From Mobula hypostoma (Eukaryota): a stretch of 64,000 nucleotides of DNA. The notes beneath the pieces are model-generated. The model had not been told where the DNA came from. It searched no databases and was given only the letters and a program-made list of their open reading frames with translations. Position 1 is the first letter of the stretch; every line of letters begins with the position of its first letter. The stretch lies in contig NC_086097.1 in NCBI RefSeq assembly GCF_963921235.1, positions 203,920,001 to 203,984,000 of the forward strand. Reading direction: 5' to 3'. Shown piece by piece: positions 62,690-64,000 of the stretch. The translations under genes were made by a program, and so were the position numbers.

Positions 62690-63360
62690 GTTCGACTCCA
62701 TTTCACCAATTGTTCATTGTTTGCCGATTAAAGCGACGAAAGAGATCAAAACATCAAGGTGAATGCGGAAGCTTGGAAATCATTTAGGTGCTTTGGCGCT
62801 CTGCAGTCTCCGAGATGATTTTGGGAGACAGAGACAGTGTCCGAATTTCATGGCAAGAAGGCTGCAGAATGGGGTGCAAGCTGTTGTTCAACTCCGTTTC
62901 TCCGATCAAAGCTTCCATTGTTTGCCGATTAAAATGACGAAAGAGATTGAAGCATCGCGGCGAGTGCGGAGGGGGAGCGCTGTCTGCCTGTCTTTTGATG
63001 GCTGTGCTACAAGAGGGAAAGGTCTGCCACTGGGTCAGGCTCTCTGCGTTTTGGATGTGGACTTGGACTATAAACTTTTTTCAGTCTGATAGCTTGTTGT
63101 GTTTTTTGCCTGATATTTCTTGTCTTTTTAGTGTGGGAGGAAGGGTTTGGGGGTTGATGAACTTGTTCCATTTTTGTGCAGAGAGGGGGGATTTGGATGC
63201 TGACGAACTTGTTCCATTTTTGTTTACTGTACCGGAGGCAGTGATTTTGGGGGTTGATGTTCGTGCTGCCTTCCTTTTCTTTCTTGGTTTCATGGCTACC
63301 CAGAGAAGAAGAATTTCAAGTTGTATACTTTAATAATAAATGAAGCTTTGAACTTTTGAA
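62690..63360 (+). mobile_element. Non-coding retroposon with internal direct repeats and Rex/Babar-like tail
   Basis: ~80-bp unit repeated at 62690-62770 and 62886-62970; ends AATAATAAATGAAGCTTTGAACTTTTGAA. Confidence 0.5.
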
Positions 63361-63534
63361 ATATATTTCTACTACTAAATTGCATGTGATTGCATGTACC
63401 TGTTCTCTACATTTTGATGCTGTATTTTTGGGCTGATTGAGTGATCTGGCACCTTTGACATCTCCCAGGGAATTCAGCAAGGTTGGGAGTGGAGTGTGTG
63501 CAGCTTAATGGGGGAGTGTGAAGCCATGATCATC

Positions 63535-64000
63535 TCCATTGTTCCTCCTGATTAAAGCATCAAGCAAGACTGAGATCGAGGACGAGAGCAGAAGGTGAGC
63601 GGGTGTTCAGTGCCATCTGCCTATATTTAACAGGTCTGCCTCTCCCTCTCGCTTGCAGCTGCTGGAGGAACGTGCAGGAGTCTTGGGTCACATGCTGCAA
63701 GGTTTGATCAGTGCTGCTCGTGGCAATGGGTTCACTTTTGGAGGACTCTGGTTCTTGGTACGCGTTTATGGTTACTCTTTTTTTTGCTATTTTGCGTGAT
63801 TTGATTAGGGCATTTCAGCACAGACTGGCTGTGCAGCCTGTAGATAACGGATGACATAGCACTAAACTGCACACTCCTCTACCATTTTGAGGACTCTGTG
63901 GTTTGACGCTTAATATTCTGAGTGTTACTCACCTTTTTGCGGTTTGCATCATCTGTTCTTTTTTTTCGTGCATTGGGTGTTTGATGTTTTCTTTGAATGG
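63535..64000 (+). mobile_element. Related non-coding retroposon, running off the window end
   Basis: Starts CCATTGTT..GATTAAAGC like 62690; 3' part resembles the Rex/Babar-type UTR (TGCATTGGGTGTTTGATG). Confidence 0.4.

Overview
Repeat-dense vertebrate intronic/intergenic DNA. The repeat set (CR1 LINEs, Rex/Babar LINEs, HE1/V-SINE-like SINE, Neptune-type Penelope-like elements) points to a cartilaginous fish, probably a ray; this taxonomic call is inference. No host protein-coding gene is recognisable. The long ORFs are transposon remnants, and only two weak candidate exons were seen. Main observations: (1) a Sleeping Beauty/Tss1-like Tc1 element (18829-22113) built from two RIGHT IR/DR ends with a TA target duplication, a horizontal-transfer candidate; (2) a CR1 copy with a dense strand-specific T>C cluster (A>G on the LINE sense strand, ~32650-33050), suggesting an ADAR-hyperedited RNA fixed in the genome; (3) many Penelope-like elements carrying minimal type I hammerhead ribozyme motifs; (4) six fold-back Penelope insertions with 7-16 bp target-site duplications whose inverted arm starts ~33-50 nt inside the 3' end; (5) a fully palindromic hAT MITE, a twin-primed SINE and several multi-layer nested insertions. 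All family names come from recalled motifs, not database searches. Boundaries of old degraded repeats are approximate.
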